From positions 64,001-128,000 of the forward strand of contig JAZDKB010000015.1 of the NCBI GenBank assembly GCA_043803405.1: a stretch of 64,000 nucleotides of DNA, written 5' to 3'. Under the pieces are notes generated by a model. That model had not been told where the DNA came from, searched no databases, and saw nothing but the letters and a program-made list of their open reading frames with translations. The stretch's first letter is position 1. Each line of letters opens with the position of its first letter. Below are positions 53,901 through 62,901 of the stretch, one piece after another. This stretch comes from Spirochaetota bacterium (GTDB lineage: Bacteria; Spirochaetota; UBA4802; JAFGDQ01). A program made the position numbers and the translations under genes.

Positions 53901-55694
53901 TTCCTGCATCCTGTTCGTAACCGCAAGCGGAAGAGGATCGGACAGCATGGTTTGCCCGTGAAGCAGCACAATGGCATTGTCCGGAAATTCGATCTGGTTC
54001 CAGAGCGTACGCGCCATGTTCTCTACAATAGCGTAATTGCATGATGCGAGTATCTCTTCTTTGCCGTAACCGCTTGCCTGCATTTTTCGTGCGTTCTCCA
54101 TAAGAAACACTGCGCACGTCGCGTTTATTCCGTAAGCGCGCTGTGCATCGTATGCCTGGCGGCACGCATCGCTTATATCACTTATTCCGAACATCGTTTT
54201 AAGGGTGTCCATAAGGCTGCCTGTGCCTGCGGAACATTTAATGTTCATAGCATTGTCGAAGAGCTCGTTCTTTTTAAGAGCGATTACCGAGATCTTAGTG
54301 TCCTCGCCGCCTATGTCTACCAGCACGCAAAAATCCCCGTTAACAGCAATGCCTTTAGCATTCAGTTTCGCAATATGATCGCGCGCGTATCCGATAGAAC
54401 CGCGGGCATGCGCGTAGTTCTCAACCAGAGTAAAGATCCGCTCGCTTAGCGCAGGATACACAGCCTGAAGTGATCTCTGTACCTGGTAGCGCCCGCTGCC
54501 TGTGATACCGATATTCTGTATATTCAGGCGGCCGGTTCCGCGCGAACGCAGATCAGCGAACATGTGCTTGATAGTCTCTATAGTATCTCCGTGATTATTG
54601 TACGAATTCGTGAATAAAAGTTCCCCGCTTCCGGCATCAGCGATCGCCATTTTGGCCATGGTAGAGCCGACATCGATCCCTATATTGACATGCGTACGGT
54701 TCATCCTGTCCGCGTTAAAATCCCGAAGCCCGCCGTCTTCTAATCTTTCATACAGGCCGCTTGCCTCGTATTGCTTTTTTAAAGAATTAAACGAAGGATA
54801 TTGGATCATCGTTGCAGGCTTTCTTATTTTCTCAGTATTCTGCTCTCTCACACTGTCTTTGCCAATTGACTCAACCAGGTGCATCACGCCGCGTATAAGA
54901 AGAGTCTGATCCGTATCAAAGTTTATCTCTGTGACGTTCAGATCGCTAAAGTAATCGTTCGCGCAGTCGCGCGCGTACTGCCAGTTAAAGATGCGTCCTG
55001 TTAAATACACCGCGTCTGTTCCGGTCAGCTTGCGGCATGCTTTAAGCACCTCGGATTTCATTGTTATGGCAAGAGCGAAATCCAGAGGAATGCCCTGGTT
55101 TTTGTCGGATATGGTAGCTGATGAGCTGAACACTCCGCAGCGGTCGGAACGCACAGGCACATCACGGCGCTTTTCTTTTCCGGAACCTCCAAGATATGCT
55201 GCGAGTATTTTATCTACATCCTTTTTTTCAATGTCAAGCTTTTCAAGTATTCTGCTTATGTTTATGCCTGACCCTGCTCCGCAATGCGGATTGACCGCAA
55301 GGCTGTCTTCTATAAGATCGCCTTTGCTGTTTATCGAAATGGTCATGTATCCGGACGCGGAAGCGTCTATGATGCCCAGCGAAGTAAGCCGGTTCGCGCT
55401 TTGCTTCATCAGCAGCCTGGCGCCCGACCAAAGCGCTGCGGCAGGCATGATAACGGTTCCTGCGTCGAACGCGCTTCTCACTATGTCCGCGAGTTTGCCT
55501 GTTATGTAAAGGCTGCCTTCGCAGATAAGTTTGCCGGACGCGTCATCCTTAAAAAGCCCGGTTCTTTTCAGTACTTCCTGGATGCGGTCGTCAGCAGTGC
55601 ATACAATGTCGCTTACTATTCTGCCGTCTCCATCCTTATAGTCAAATGCAGCTACATGGATGTTCTCTACACCGGCGTCTATTATATATTGCAT
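50973..55694 (-). CDS. CoA-substrate-specific enzyme activase (two BadF/BadG/BcrA/BcrD ATPase domains fused to dehydratase-like domains)
   Basis: HCGAGSG, GIDVGSTMAK, TGSGR, DIGGEDTK, KCSAGTG, CAVF, FRCGPDS, GPCRLGQY, PEGCM. Confidence 0.85.
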   Translation of the reverse strand: MQYIIDAGVENIHVAAFDYKDGDGRIVSDIVCTADDRIQEVLKRTGLFKDDASGKLICEGSLYITGKLADIVRSAFDAGTVIMPAAALWSGARLLMKQSANRLTSLGIIDASASGYMTISINSKGDLIEDSLAVNPHCGAGSGINISRILEKLDIEKKDVDKILAAYLGGSGKEKRRDVPVRSDRCGVFSSSATISDKNQGIPLDFALAITMKSEVLKACRKLTGTDAVYLTGRIFNWQYARDCANDYFSDLNVTEINFDTDQTLLIRGVMHLVESIGKDSVREQNTEKIRKPATMIQYPSFNSLKKQYEASGLYERLEDGGLRDFNADRMNRTHVNIGIDVGSTMAKMAIADAGSGELLFTNSYNNHGDTIETIKHMFADLRSRGTGRLNIQNIGITGSGRYQVQRSLQAVYPALSERIFTLVENYAHARGSIGYARDHIAKLNAKGIAVNGDFCVLVDIGGEDTKISVIALKKNELFDNAMNIKCSAGTGSLMDTLKTMFGISDISDACRQAYDAQRAYGINATCAVFLMENARKMQASGYGKEEILASCNYAIVENMARTLWNQIEFPDNAIVLLHGQTMLSDPLPLAVTNRMQEYTGRPAYCLVPPMPGHRACIGLISSMEQNEKTHDEQYDLNDFIDRTYEKKIIECRGAACGDRDARCARASLTSNGPSGLIKLMLGGCTAVNEMQSRKSGGERVKAPDAYRELWAYTAERLHRSEREDRLVIPRSFAVSDQAFFLGRIFAHLGFPVHCDDIIEDDIFNAQPLFAIDTCAPNIGATGQFMRLAGRKHGIILVPQIDYLPTDGASLGRTCTTNQGGVVIAMHFAKMKHPEARFLLFNVSLKNMEPDFIASQMYSSLLPVFQYYKRDISRQEFTDAVKIALADNQKLSGKLSDKAAEYVEYAIKNHLNISVICARGYISNPGIYDSHVGKLMRDKGVIALPSYCIDTELDKDYGYMYWKNPHDILTKIDAITNKNLHEIIKHARLKELVRRIECGLTDTLLSVVQVSTFRCGPDSVTVPACMEITKKIPSLFIQSDAMIKELAHLENRVNTHINQLTKQLHTELSDTGDDNFSVEVLNEFVFDGINRDTDVIYFPNLSDNRMVTSVFRAAGITAIDNYDDETYNLVSKVKTGRKFAGDTVCLPLSAVYADMIDAVQDFAARKKNNDPLVKGKSRIMVFMNGGDGPCRLGQYVDVLKLLLYKQFRNKIVEDKEFNYPIKILINLTSSLTNENAGFYLEEWVGLVGFQAVILQGVLHSVFMKAAVLCKDHDEYNRLWADFLELKRDLYYILEHNTRPGKIMRYLVELIKRKIPKLGGIAKYFGYGLYRNSGLRKPLKRFAKKWLLTGRENPNRFRIHVDGEVYVRVAQIEEIFKILIDEFGFGSFEIGHTPVWAFLEYILENRILVKKDEINRYEEKLRSCPEQERAHLIELIQENKKQITDSKGSVSNLRNIFAGPLYKAAGLEMPHPMEAILREAEELLPSLKPHGELAPYTGEALIKLRSGTDLFINAAPEGCMVSSMGEILTPIILEAAGNTGGRIQHLFSTDGEINEELLFMAVLKKMGPEKYYRI

Positions 55695-55814
55695 AATTAT
55701 TAAACTTGATTTGAAATATTTTAAAATTACTTATAATATAAACAAGATTATACAAGGGAACAGGATTTTATCTATAATACCCAGTCAAGAATAAATTAAA
55801 ATATAAATTCACTC

Positions 55815-55842
55815 TTGACAAATACATTTTAAATGTATTAAT
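55815..55842 (+). promoter_or_regulatory. Putative promoter with palindromic operator upstream of the TA-like pair
   Basis: TTGACA (55815-55820) followed directly by the perfect inverted repeat AATACATTT-T-AAATGTATT. Confidence 0.5.
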
Positions 55843-55910
55843 ACATAATTATTAAGAATAATTACAAATGCAGTTTACAATGCATCTATCAGAATAATAA
55901 GGGTGATATT

Positions 55911-56177
55911 ATGATAATGTTAAATAAGCAAAATGTTAAAGATATGATTTATACTAATGTTCTCTATGAAATTCATAAACTCCACGAGAAAATAAAGCTA
56001 TTCGAAAATAAATATAAGACTGATTTCCAGGCATTTGAAAAAAAAATTATTAATTCAAGGAAAGAAAACTTTGAACAATGGGATGACTATATTGAATGGA
56101 AAGCATATTTAAAATCATTTGAATCCCTGTCCAGAGAAAAGGATAAACTTAAAAGTGGAAATTATAGAATTTCTTGA
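55911..56177 (+). CDS. Probable antitoxin (TumA-like)
   Basis: FENKYKTDFQAF...WDDYIEW pattern; overlaps the downstream DUF6516-like gene. Confidence 0.6.
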   Translation: MIMLNKQNVKDMIYTNVLYEIHKLHEKIKLFENKYKTDFQAFEKKIINSRKENFEQWDDYIEWKAYLKSFESLSREKDKLKSGNYRIS

Positions 56178-56490
56178 AAGAAATAAATCGGTAAAAGTTA
56201 TTGATATACTTGATTTTAAAACATTCCGGTTTGGCTTTTTCATTAAAGTCAAGGTAGTTTTAATCAATGAATCGGAATTATTTATTAGAGAGTATTCTGA
56301 TAAAGAAGTAAGAAATTATTCCTATCATTGGCAGGATAAAAACGGGAAACTCATTATAAGATGGGATAATTCACCACATCATAAAAACATTTCAACATTC
56401 CCTCACCACAAACATAATAAAAATAAAATCATTCCAAGTTTCGAAATAGATATTTCAGGTATTTTTAAAATTATTGAAAAAAATATTTAA
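56155..56490 (+). CDS. DUF6516 / TumE-like toxin
   Basis: YSYHWQD...IRWDNSPHHKNISTFPHHKH; likely GTG start at 56155. Confidence 0.7.
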   Translation: MEIIEFLERNKSVKVIDILDFKTFRFGFFIKVKVVLINESELFIREYSDKEVRNYSYHWQDKNGKLIIRWDNSPHHKNISTFPHHKHNKNKIIPSFEIDISGIFKIIEKNI

Positions 56491-56521
56491 TTTGTGTGTC
56501 ATCCTGAATTCAACAAATAGA

Positions 56522-58174
56522 ATGAATAAACTCATACTCATCGGAATCAATGCCCGTTATTCGCATCCTGCGACTGCGCTTTATTATCTGAAACGATACG
56601 TGCGCGATCTCGAATGGGACGTCAGCATTAAAGAGTTCACAATAAACACACCTGCTCCCGAAATACTGCAAAGCATCAGTGACGAAAAACCGCGCGCTGT
56701 TGCCTTTTCGGTCTATATATGGAACACAACTCTTGTGCAGCAAGTGCTCAGCGCGCTTGGGCAGATGAACACCCGCCCTGTAATTGTGCTCGGCGGCCCG
56801 GACGCGTCCTATAATCCTGACGAGTGGCTCGCGCGGTATAGCTTCATAGATTACATCATTGCAGGACACGGTGAAGAAGCATTCCGGAATCTGTTCGCGG
56901 ACGATCTTATACGCAAAGAGCGCATCATCAGGATGCAGAATCCGCCCTTCCAGGAAATACCGTTCCCGTACACGGATGCAGACCTCGCCGGATTCACGCA
57001 CAGAAAGATATACTATGAATCGAGCAGGGGCTGTCTGTTTAAATGCGCGTACTGCCTTTCATCACGCGAGGATCAGCGGCTCGAGTTCAGAGACATTGGC
57101 CTTGTAAAAGAAGAACTTGAAATTATCATGAAACATAAACCCAGGATAATAAAATTCGTAGACCGCACTTTTAATTCAAAACAATCACACGCCCACGCTG
57201 TGTGGGAACACATAATCTGTTCGTATGCGCACTCCGGCACAAGGTTCCATTTCGAGATACATCCTGACCTTCTTAATGATAAAGACTTTGAGATCCTGAA
57301 AAAATGCCCTGCCGGCCTTTTCCAGTTCGAGATCGGCATTCAGTCGACAAATGAGCAAGCTTTGAAAGCCGTAAACCGTAAAGGAGACTGGGAAACTATC
57401 AAACCAAAGATTAAAAGGCTTATTGACATGAACACGATACCTGTGCATACAGACCTGATCGCAGGGCTGCCGTTCGAGGATTACGAGTCGCTCGCCTTTT
57501 CATTCAACGAAGTTTACCCGCTCGGGGCCGATCATTTTCAGCCCGGATATCTTAAAGTACTGCCCGGCACAGAAGTCCGGGAGCGCGCCAATGAATGGGG
57601 GCTGTGTTACGCTTCTGAGCCTCCGTACGAAGTAACGAGTAACAGCTGGCTCAACGCTGACAACATGAAAACTGTTAAAAGCATATCAAAGCTCGTAGAT
57701 ATTCTTTACAACTCCCATAGATTTAAAATAACGCTCGAAAATCTTTTGACGTTTTATAAATCCGCATTCTCTTTTTTTGAAGAATTATCCGGAACTGCTG
57801 CGCAAAAATCCGCGAAAGATGGGATGCAGTGGGAATATCTCGCCGGAATTCTGATCGAATGCGCTCTTGCGCTTCGAATTGATCGGGAATATATACTCGA
57901 CTGCCTGCGCTGGGACTGGTGCGCGTCTTCAGCAAGCAACCGGATGCCGAAGATGCTTAAAACAGACACAGAACGGAAAAAGCGTAAGGAGTTCTTCGCG
58001 CTTATAAAAGAGAAAAAGCAGGCGCTCTTACCTGAAAAAATTTCCGAAGTACCGGCTGCTGAACTATATTTCTTTTATGCTGAAACAGCGGATTTCCGCA
58101 ACAAATATCTGTCTGGAAAATCCTGTGCTGTGTTTATATGCGGTAAAAAAGAAGCGCTGATCTCTAATTTTTAA
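56522..58174 (+). CDS. B12-binding radical SAM protein with DUF4080-like region
   Basis: INARYSH, FSVYIWN, YYESSRGCLFKCAYCLS, KFVDRTFN, EIGIQS; ATG at 56522. Confidence 0.88.
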   Translation: MNKLILIGINARYSHPATALYYLKRYVRDLEWDVSIKEFTINTPAPEILQSISDEKPRAVAFSVYIWNTTLVQQVLSALGQMNTRPVIVLGGPDASYNPDEWLARYSFIDYIIAGHGEEAFRNLFADDLIRKERIIRMQNPPFQEIPFPYTDADLAGFTHRKIYYESSRGCLFKCAYCLSSREDQRLEFRDIGLVKEELEIIMKHKPRIIKFVDRTFNSKQSHAHAVWEHIICSYAHSGTRFHFEIHPDLLNDKDFEILKKCPAGLFQFEIGIQSTNEQALKAVNRKGDWETIKPKIKRLIDMNTIPVHTDLIAGLPFEDYESLAFSFNEVYPLGADHFQPGYLKVLPGTEVRERANEWGLCYASEPPYEVTSNSWLNADNMKTVKSISKLVDILYNSHRFKITLENLLTFYKSAFSFFEELSGTAAQKSAKDGMQWEYLAGILIECALALRIDREYILDCLRWDWCASSASNRMPKMLKTDTERKKRKEFFALIKEKKQALLPEKISEVPAAELYFFYAETADFRNKYLSGKSCAVFICGKKEALISNF

Positions 58175-58271
58175 AATATTTTCTATTGCTGGCAAATCAA
58201 GAATTTCATTGAAATATAAAATTGTTTAATATACTATTAACATAAGAGTAAAAAAATTTAGTGGGTTAATA

Positions 58272-58742
58272 TTGAAACCGAAAGTTTACATTGAAACCAG
58301 TGTAGCAAGTTACTTGACAGCATGGCGGAATCCTGATTTAATAATGGCTGCAAATCAGGAAATAACCAAGGAATGGTGGGACAACAAGGAACAATTTGAC
58401 CTGTTCTTATCCGCCTTAGTAATTCAGGAAGCATCATCCGGGGATACAGAAGCTGCTAAAAGACGTTTGCTTATATTAGAAGGCATTCCGGAAATTGACA
58501 TAACCGAGGAAGTGGAAAATTTTGCTATTGTGCTACTTGAAAAAATTCCTTTGCCGCCAAAAGCCAAGATCGATGTATTGCATATAGCAGCAGCAACAGT
58601 AGGAGGTATGGATTACCTGCTTACTTGGAACTGCAAACATATTGCAAATGCAATTCTTCGCCCTAAAATTGAAGCAATTGCAAGGGAGTATGGATATGAA
58701 CCGCCGATTATTTGCACTCCGCAAGAACTCTGGGAGGTTTAA
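58272..58742 (+). CDS. PIN-domain (VapC-like) toxin
   Basis: VYIETSVASYL, DVLHIA, DYLLTWNCKHIAN, PIICTPQEL; TTG start. Confidence 0.85.
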   Translation: MKPKVYIETSVASYLTAWRNPDLIMAANQEITKEWWDNKEQFDLFLSALVIQEASSGDTEAAKRRLLILEGIPEIDITEEVENFAIVLLEKIPLPPKAKIDVLHIAAATVGGMDYLLTWNCKHIANAILRPKIEAIAREYGYEPPIICTPQELWEV

Positions 58743-58745
58743 ATT

Positions 58746-58922
58746 ATGTGGAAAGATTCTATAATAGAAGAAATTCATAAATACCGTGATGATTATTTAA
58801 AGCAATTCAACTATGATATTCATGAAATTTGCAAAGATATAAGAAAAAAACAAAATCAAAACGAAAGACAGCTTATTGCGCCCAAACCCCGTCCGGCTAA
58901 GAAGATTATAAAAACTGCCTGA
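58746..58922 (+). CDS. 58-aa probable antitoxin partner of the PIN toxin (below the ORF-track cutoff)
   Basis: GGAGG RBS; MWKDSIIEEIHKYRDDYLKQFNYDIHEICKDIRKKQNQNERQLIAPKPRPAKKIIKTA*. Confidence 0.75.
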   Translation: MWKDSIIEEIHKYRDDYLKQFNYDIHEICKDIRKKQNQNERQLIAPKPRPAKKIIKTA

Positions 58923-60111
58923 TCGCCATTGCAAGCAGGCTCACAGGATGCAGCACTTTATACTTAGTATTCATCTCGATCTGCCATTTGCACGATTCGC
59001 AGTCCGTTATTACTATATCAGGGCTCTCTCTTTCGATCCTTGCGGAAAGCTCGCTCCCGATTGTCTGCGACACGTCGTAATACTCGTTCTTGAACCCGTA
59101 CGTCCCTGCCAGTCCGCAGCACTCAGAGTGCAGCACGCGCAGGTCAAGCCCGGGCACTCTTTTAAGCACTTCGATCGTGAACATGACACCGCCCATGCGC
59201 TCCAGGTGGCACGGCGAGTGATAGGCAGCCTTTAAAAGCACAGGCTTCATTGCAGGCACATTACCTTTTTCGAACTCATCGTACAGGAAGCGCGTGATGA
59301 ATTCCAGCCTGTCGGATATTGCCGAATTGTCAAGCTCCAGCAGGTTTGGATATTCGTGCTTAAGAGCTATGTGGCAGCTCGACGACGTTGTGACGATCCG
59401 CATGCCGCTGCCCGCTGCCGCTTTGCTTAGCGAGCCGATATTAAAGAGAGCGTTTTTGCGCGCCTTCTTTACGTACCCGTTCGCTATAAGCGGAACGCCG
59501 CAGCATTTCTCGGGCGCAATCTCTATGCCTATGTTCATTGCGTTAAGGACTTTAATAAGGTCCATGCCCAGTTCATGATGATTATAATCAACATAGCATC
59601 CGTGGAAATATAATACCTTATTTTTATATCTCTCCTGATGTTCCCTTTGTCTGTTGTGCCAGTCATGAAAGGTGCCGGCAGCGTATTCCGGGAAGATCCT
59701 TTTGGAAGGTATCTTTAAAAATATGTCAAGGATCAGCTTTACGGGGTAAAGCCCGGTTATGAAGTTAACAATGGAGCTGAAGCGCGTTGCAATGCTCCCG
59801 AGCAGATCTGTGCGGCTGAGAAAGTAGTCGCGTATCCTGAATTTCTTTTTAAAATACTTCCATTTGGAGCTTTGAATAATGTCCGCGATTTTAACTCCGG
59901 ACGGGCACGCGATCTCGCATCGCTTGCAGTTTGAGCAGAACCCGAGCGACTTGTCCACGAGACGGGGGTCCTTTATCCTCAGGCGTTCGGCATCCGGGCC
60001 CGACTGCTTTGGCCCCGGGAAAAGGTGTGTTGCGCGCGCGACCGGGCAGTAAACAGTGCATACTGTGCACTTTATGCAGTGGTCAAAGCTGATATTGTCT
60101 ATATTCAGCAT
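58906..60111 (-). CDS. glpC: Anaerobic glycerol-3-phosphate dehydrogenase subunit C
   Basis: CIKCTVCTVYCP, PGPKQSGPD, CSNCKRCEIACP, CCG domains. Confidence 0.93.
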   Translation of the reverse strand: MLNIDNISFDHCIKCTVCTVYCPVARATHLFPGPKQSGPDAERLRIKDPRLVDKSLGFCSNCKRCEIACPSGVKIADIIQSSKWKYFKKKFRIRDYFLSRTDLLGSIATRFSSIVNFITGLYPVKLILDIFLKIPSKRIFPEYAAGTFHDWHNRQREHQERYKNKVLYFHGCYVDYNHHELGMDLIKVLNAMNIGIEIAPEKCCGVPLIANGYVKKARKNALFNIGSLSKAAAGSGMRIVTTSSSCHIALKHEYPNLLELDNSAISDRLEFITRFLYDEFEKGNVPAMKPVLLKAAYHSPCHLERMGGVMFTIEVLKRVPGLDLRVLHSECCGLAGTYGFKNEYYDVSQTIGSELSARIERESPDIVITDCESCKWQIEMNTKYKVLHPVSLLAMAIRQFL

Positions 60112-60154
60112 CCGCGTTCCTGTTTGTGTGGTTGAGTGATGATTGTGATTTATA

Positions 60155-60296
60155 ACCTCATCCCCCTAACCTCCTTCTCCAACCCCCTCTGCCGCTTCGC
60201 GGCTTCTCCCCCTTAACAGGGGGAGCAATCTTAGCTACACATGTTGCTTCCCCTGCTAAGGGGAAGGTGGCCGAAGGCCGGAAGGGGTTTCAGGGA
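60155..60296. repeat. GC-rich multi-hairpin intergenic element between glpB and glpC
   Basis: GCCGC-TTC-GCGGC; CTCCCCCT-TAAC-AGGGGGAG; CTTCCCCT-GCTA-AGGGGAAG; GGCC-GAA-GGCC; outer AACCCC...GGGGTT. Confidence 0.7.
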
Positions 60297-60308
60297 GTCC
60301 GATTTTCT

Positions 60309-61604
60309 CTACTTCTTCTTTATTCCCTTCACAATATTTTTTGCTGCCATGTATCCTGTGCACACCGCCACTCCGCCGCCGGATGCCTCCTTAACAGGAT
60401 TGTAATGGGCCAGTATCGCGCCTGCGCATAAGAGATTTTTTACTGCTTTGCCGGTGCTGTCCAGCGGGTTCAGCGACTTGTTTGTCTCAACGCCGTATTC
60501 AAGGAATGCGTGGCTCTTTCTGTCGAAGAGCTTTGCAGCGCTCCAGTCCGCGCGCTTATGCGAATAACTTACCTTAAGGTTAAAGACCGGCTCTCTTATT
60601 GAGTCCACGTCCGAGGCCAGCCCGCCGGAGAAAAAGCTCCCGGACGCGAGCACATAAAAGCGCGCCTTTAATGCGTCGTCGCCGTAATTCTCAGTATGCA
60701 GATGCTCCACCGCGTTGTTATTGATAACCGCGCCGTTAACCTTGTCGCCTGCAACAAGCACGCCGCCAAGAGACGCGAACGCGGACTTAAGCGCATTGTC
60801 GAGCCTCATGCCCAGAAGCGAAGGAGGCGGTGTCGGTATCTCGCACACAGCCTTGCCGCTTATTATCTGAAGCATCTCGTGATGCTTCCTGTAATTATTA
60901 ATGCCCATGAACGCGGGCAGGCAAACAATGTCCGCGTCAGCCGCAATCTGTTTAATCTGCCTGCCGATATCTTCCATAAATTCCGGATTGTCGAAAACCC
61001 TGGCAATATCAATCGAACGGTATTCGTACAAATTCCTTTTTATCTTCTTATGATTAGGGTAAATAAGTTCGCCTGTTATAAATTCCCTGTCCCTGAATTC
61101 CTTGCTCTTCCTTAAATTTGCAATGGTTATCTCCGGATAAAAGTCCCTGTATCCTTCAAAATTAAGGACAGCGATCTTTGCTTTGTTTTCCAACAGCGTG
61201 CGGATATTTTCATTGCACACGCTTTGCTGAAAAAAATACGAAGGCTTAAGAGCTCCGAGTGTCGTAAAATGAAAATAATTTTTATTATGATAATTGTAGA
61301 AATCGATTCCCTCGTCCGCCGCAATATCTTTAAAGAAAAACAGGGCCTCCCTGATATTATCGACCCCGCATTTCGCGTAAGGATGATTTTTGTCTGTCCT
61401 GATGAGCTTTTCTATATGATTAAACGGATTACTAATGATCTTCTTTTTATCATCATAGCCGAAAACGTCGATTGAGCCTGAGGCGAAATGCAGCGCGCTC
61501 ATGCCCGATGTAATAACTGCGCAGCTTAAGCCTTCTTTAAGGCACTTTATGCCGCATGTTAAACCGGCCAGCCCGCTTCCTATAATGATACAATCGTAAT
61601 TCAC
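60309..61604 (-). CDS. glpB: Anaerobic glycerol-3-phosphate dehydrogenase subunit B
   Basis: IIGSGLAG, SALHFASGSID, EIPTPPPSLLGMRL, LASGSFFSGGL, SGGGVA; GTG start after GGGAG. Confidence 0.92.
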   Translation of the reverse strand: MNYDCIIIGSGLAGLTCGIKCLKEGLSCAVITSGMSALHFASGSIDVFGYDDKKKIISNPFNHIEKLIRTDKNHPYAKCGVDNIREALFFFKDIAADEGIDFYNYHNKNYFHFTTLGALKPSYFFQQSVCNENIRTLLENKAKIAVLNFEGYRDFYPEITIANLRKSKEFRDREFITGELIYPNHKKIKRNLYEYRSIDIARVFDNPEFMEDIGRQIKQIAADADIVCLPAFMGINNYRKHHEMLQIISGKAVCEIPTPPPSLLGMRLDNALKSAFASLGGVLVAGDKVNGAVINNNAVEHLHTENYGDDALKARFYVLASGSFFSGGLASDVDSIREPVFNLKVSYSHKRADWSAAKLFDRKSHAFLEYGVETNKSLNPLDSTGKAVKNLLCAGAILAHYNPVKEASGGGVAVCTGYMAAKNIVKGIKKK

Positions 61605-61641
61605 CTGAATTTACTCCCTGAAACACTAAATTTTCTTTGCA

Positions 61642-61956
61642 TAAAAGGCAGTTTTCCCTGTCCGGACAGCCTTTTTCCCTGTATAATAGAGCTTATCGCC
61701 TCTCCGACTATCGGCGTCCTATGTAAAACAGGGAAGTTTCCCTCTCCGAAAGCCGGCGTTGAGTAAAATATACCCGATTTCGAGTATCTGAATATCGGCG
61801 TTCCCTCTAAAACAGGAAAAATTCCCTCTCTGAGAGCCGGTGTCCCCTATAAAACAGGGAAGTTTCCCTCTCCGAAAGCCGGCGCTGGGTAAAATATACC
61901 CGATTTTGAGTCTCTGAATATCGGAGTCTGTTAAAAAACAGTCGGTTTCTTCTATA
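61642..61956. repeat. Degenerate 21-bp tandem array (about 15 units) with an internal 126-bp-offset duplication
   Basis: Units such as AAACAGGGAAGTTTCCCTCTC, CGAAAGCCGGCGTTGAGTAAA, ATATACCCGATTTCGAGTATC, TGAATATCGGCGTTCCCTCTA; 61724-61801 recurs at 61850-61927. Confidence 0.8.
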
Positions 61957-62166
61957 ATAATAAGCTTTGATCCTCCAAAGTGTGTCTGAAATACTTCTCA
62001 GAGCATATACTATCTCCAAATATGTTTTTATGCACCGAGGCATATTCGTTTGCACCGGAACATTTTTTATGACGGTCTGGAATGAAAAAATAAAAAGTTT
62101 AAAGCGGATTGTGCAGATAATATTTTTATTATAACATTAGCAAATTAACTTTACTGCTTAATGTTT

Positions 62167-62901
62167 TTATCTGCGACCCGGGGGAGCATAATAGACTGGA
62201 TAATTATAATTGGTATTTTTAATCTCATTCATATAATACATAGACCCGCTTAAGACTTTTCTCTCTATTATTAAACCGCTTGGTCCATAATAGACACCGC
62301 ACGTAACTTCACCTATACCTTCCAAAAAACTATATTTTACATTTGCTACACTGCTCACACCATCACACTTAACACTTGCGGGCTTGCTTTTTTCATTTTC
62401 AAAATACATTTCCTTTATTTTGCCAGAATGTCCAGCATAAACAATTTTTTTAAAGGCATAGCCCTCCGGTATACAAACCGGTTTCCCTGTCTTATTCAAA
62501 AATGAAATTAAAATTGCATAATCATTTTCATTCATCGGTATGTAACTTAATTGTTTAATTGCATATCCGTCTTTATTTTCAACAGAGGCTCCATTAGCAT
62601 TATAACAATGCTCTTCTATAAGCTTCCCTTCGGAATTATATAAATATTTTATTGTAGAAACTCCGGGCAGCAAAACATTATTGGAGTCTCTTAATTCAAA
62701 ACTATGTAATTTGCCGTTAACATCGTAATACTTTAGTTGTTTTCCCGAAGCAGTATTTTCAGCTATAATAGTTCCCAATCTTTGACCATTCTCAATCCAT
62801 GGCTCTTTTGTTTGACCGGAACGGCTGCCGGTACCTGTCGTACATCCTGCAAAAAAAACAATAATTAAAAAATAAATGCCAAAGATATATTTATTCTTCA
62901 T
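62167..62901 (-). CDS. Hypothetical lipoprotein with internal beta-hairpin repeats
   Basis: FFAGC lipobox; repeated Y/F-x-N-x-x-G-K-P ... GYA units. Confidence 0.65.
   Translation of the reverse strand: MKNKYIFGIYFLIIVFFAGCTTGTGSRSGQTKEPWIENGQRLGTIIAENTASGKQLKYYDVNGKLHSFELRDSNNVLLPGVSTIKYLYNSEGKLIEEHCYNANGASVENKDGYAIKQLSYIPMNENDYAILISFLNKTGKPVCIPEGYAFKKIVYAGHSGKIKEMYFENEKSKPASVKCDGVSSVANVKYSFLEGIGEVTCGVYYGPSGLIIERKVLSGSMYYMNEIKNTNYNYPVYYAPPGRR

Noticed and set aside
61642..61956. CRISPR array, or the 82-aa ORF 61807..62055 as a real gene
   Set aside because: No invariant repeat with unique spacers and no cas genes; the ORF stops mid-array and has no recognisable features
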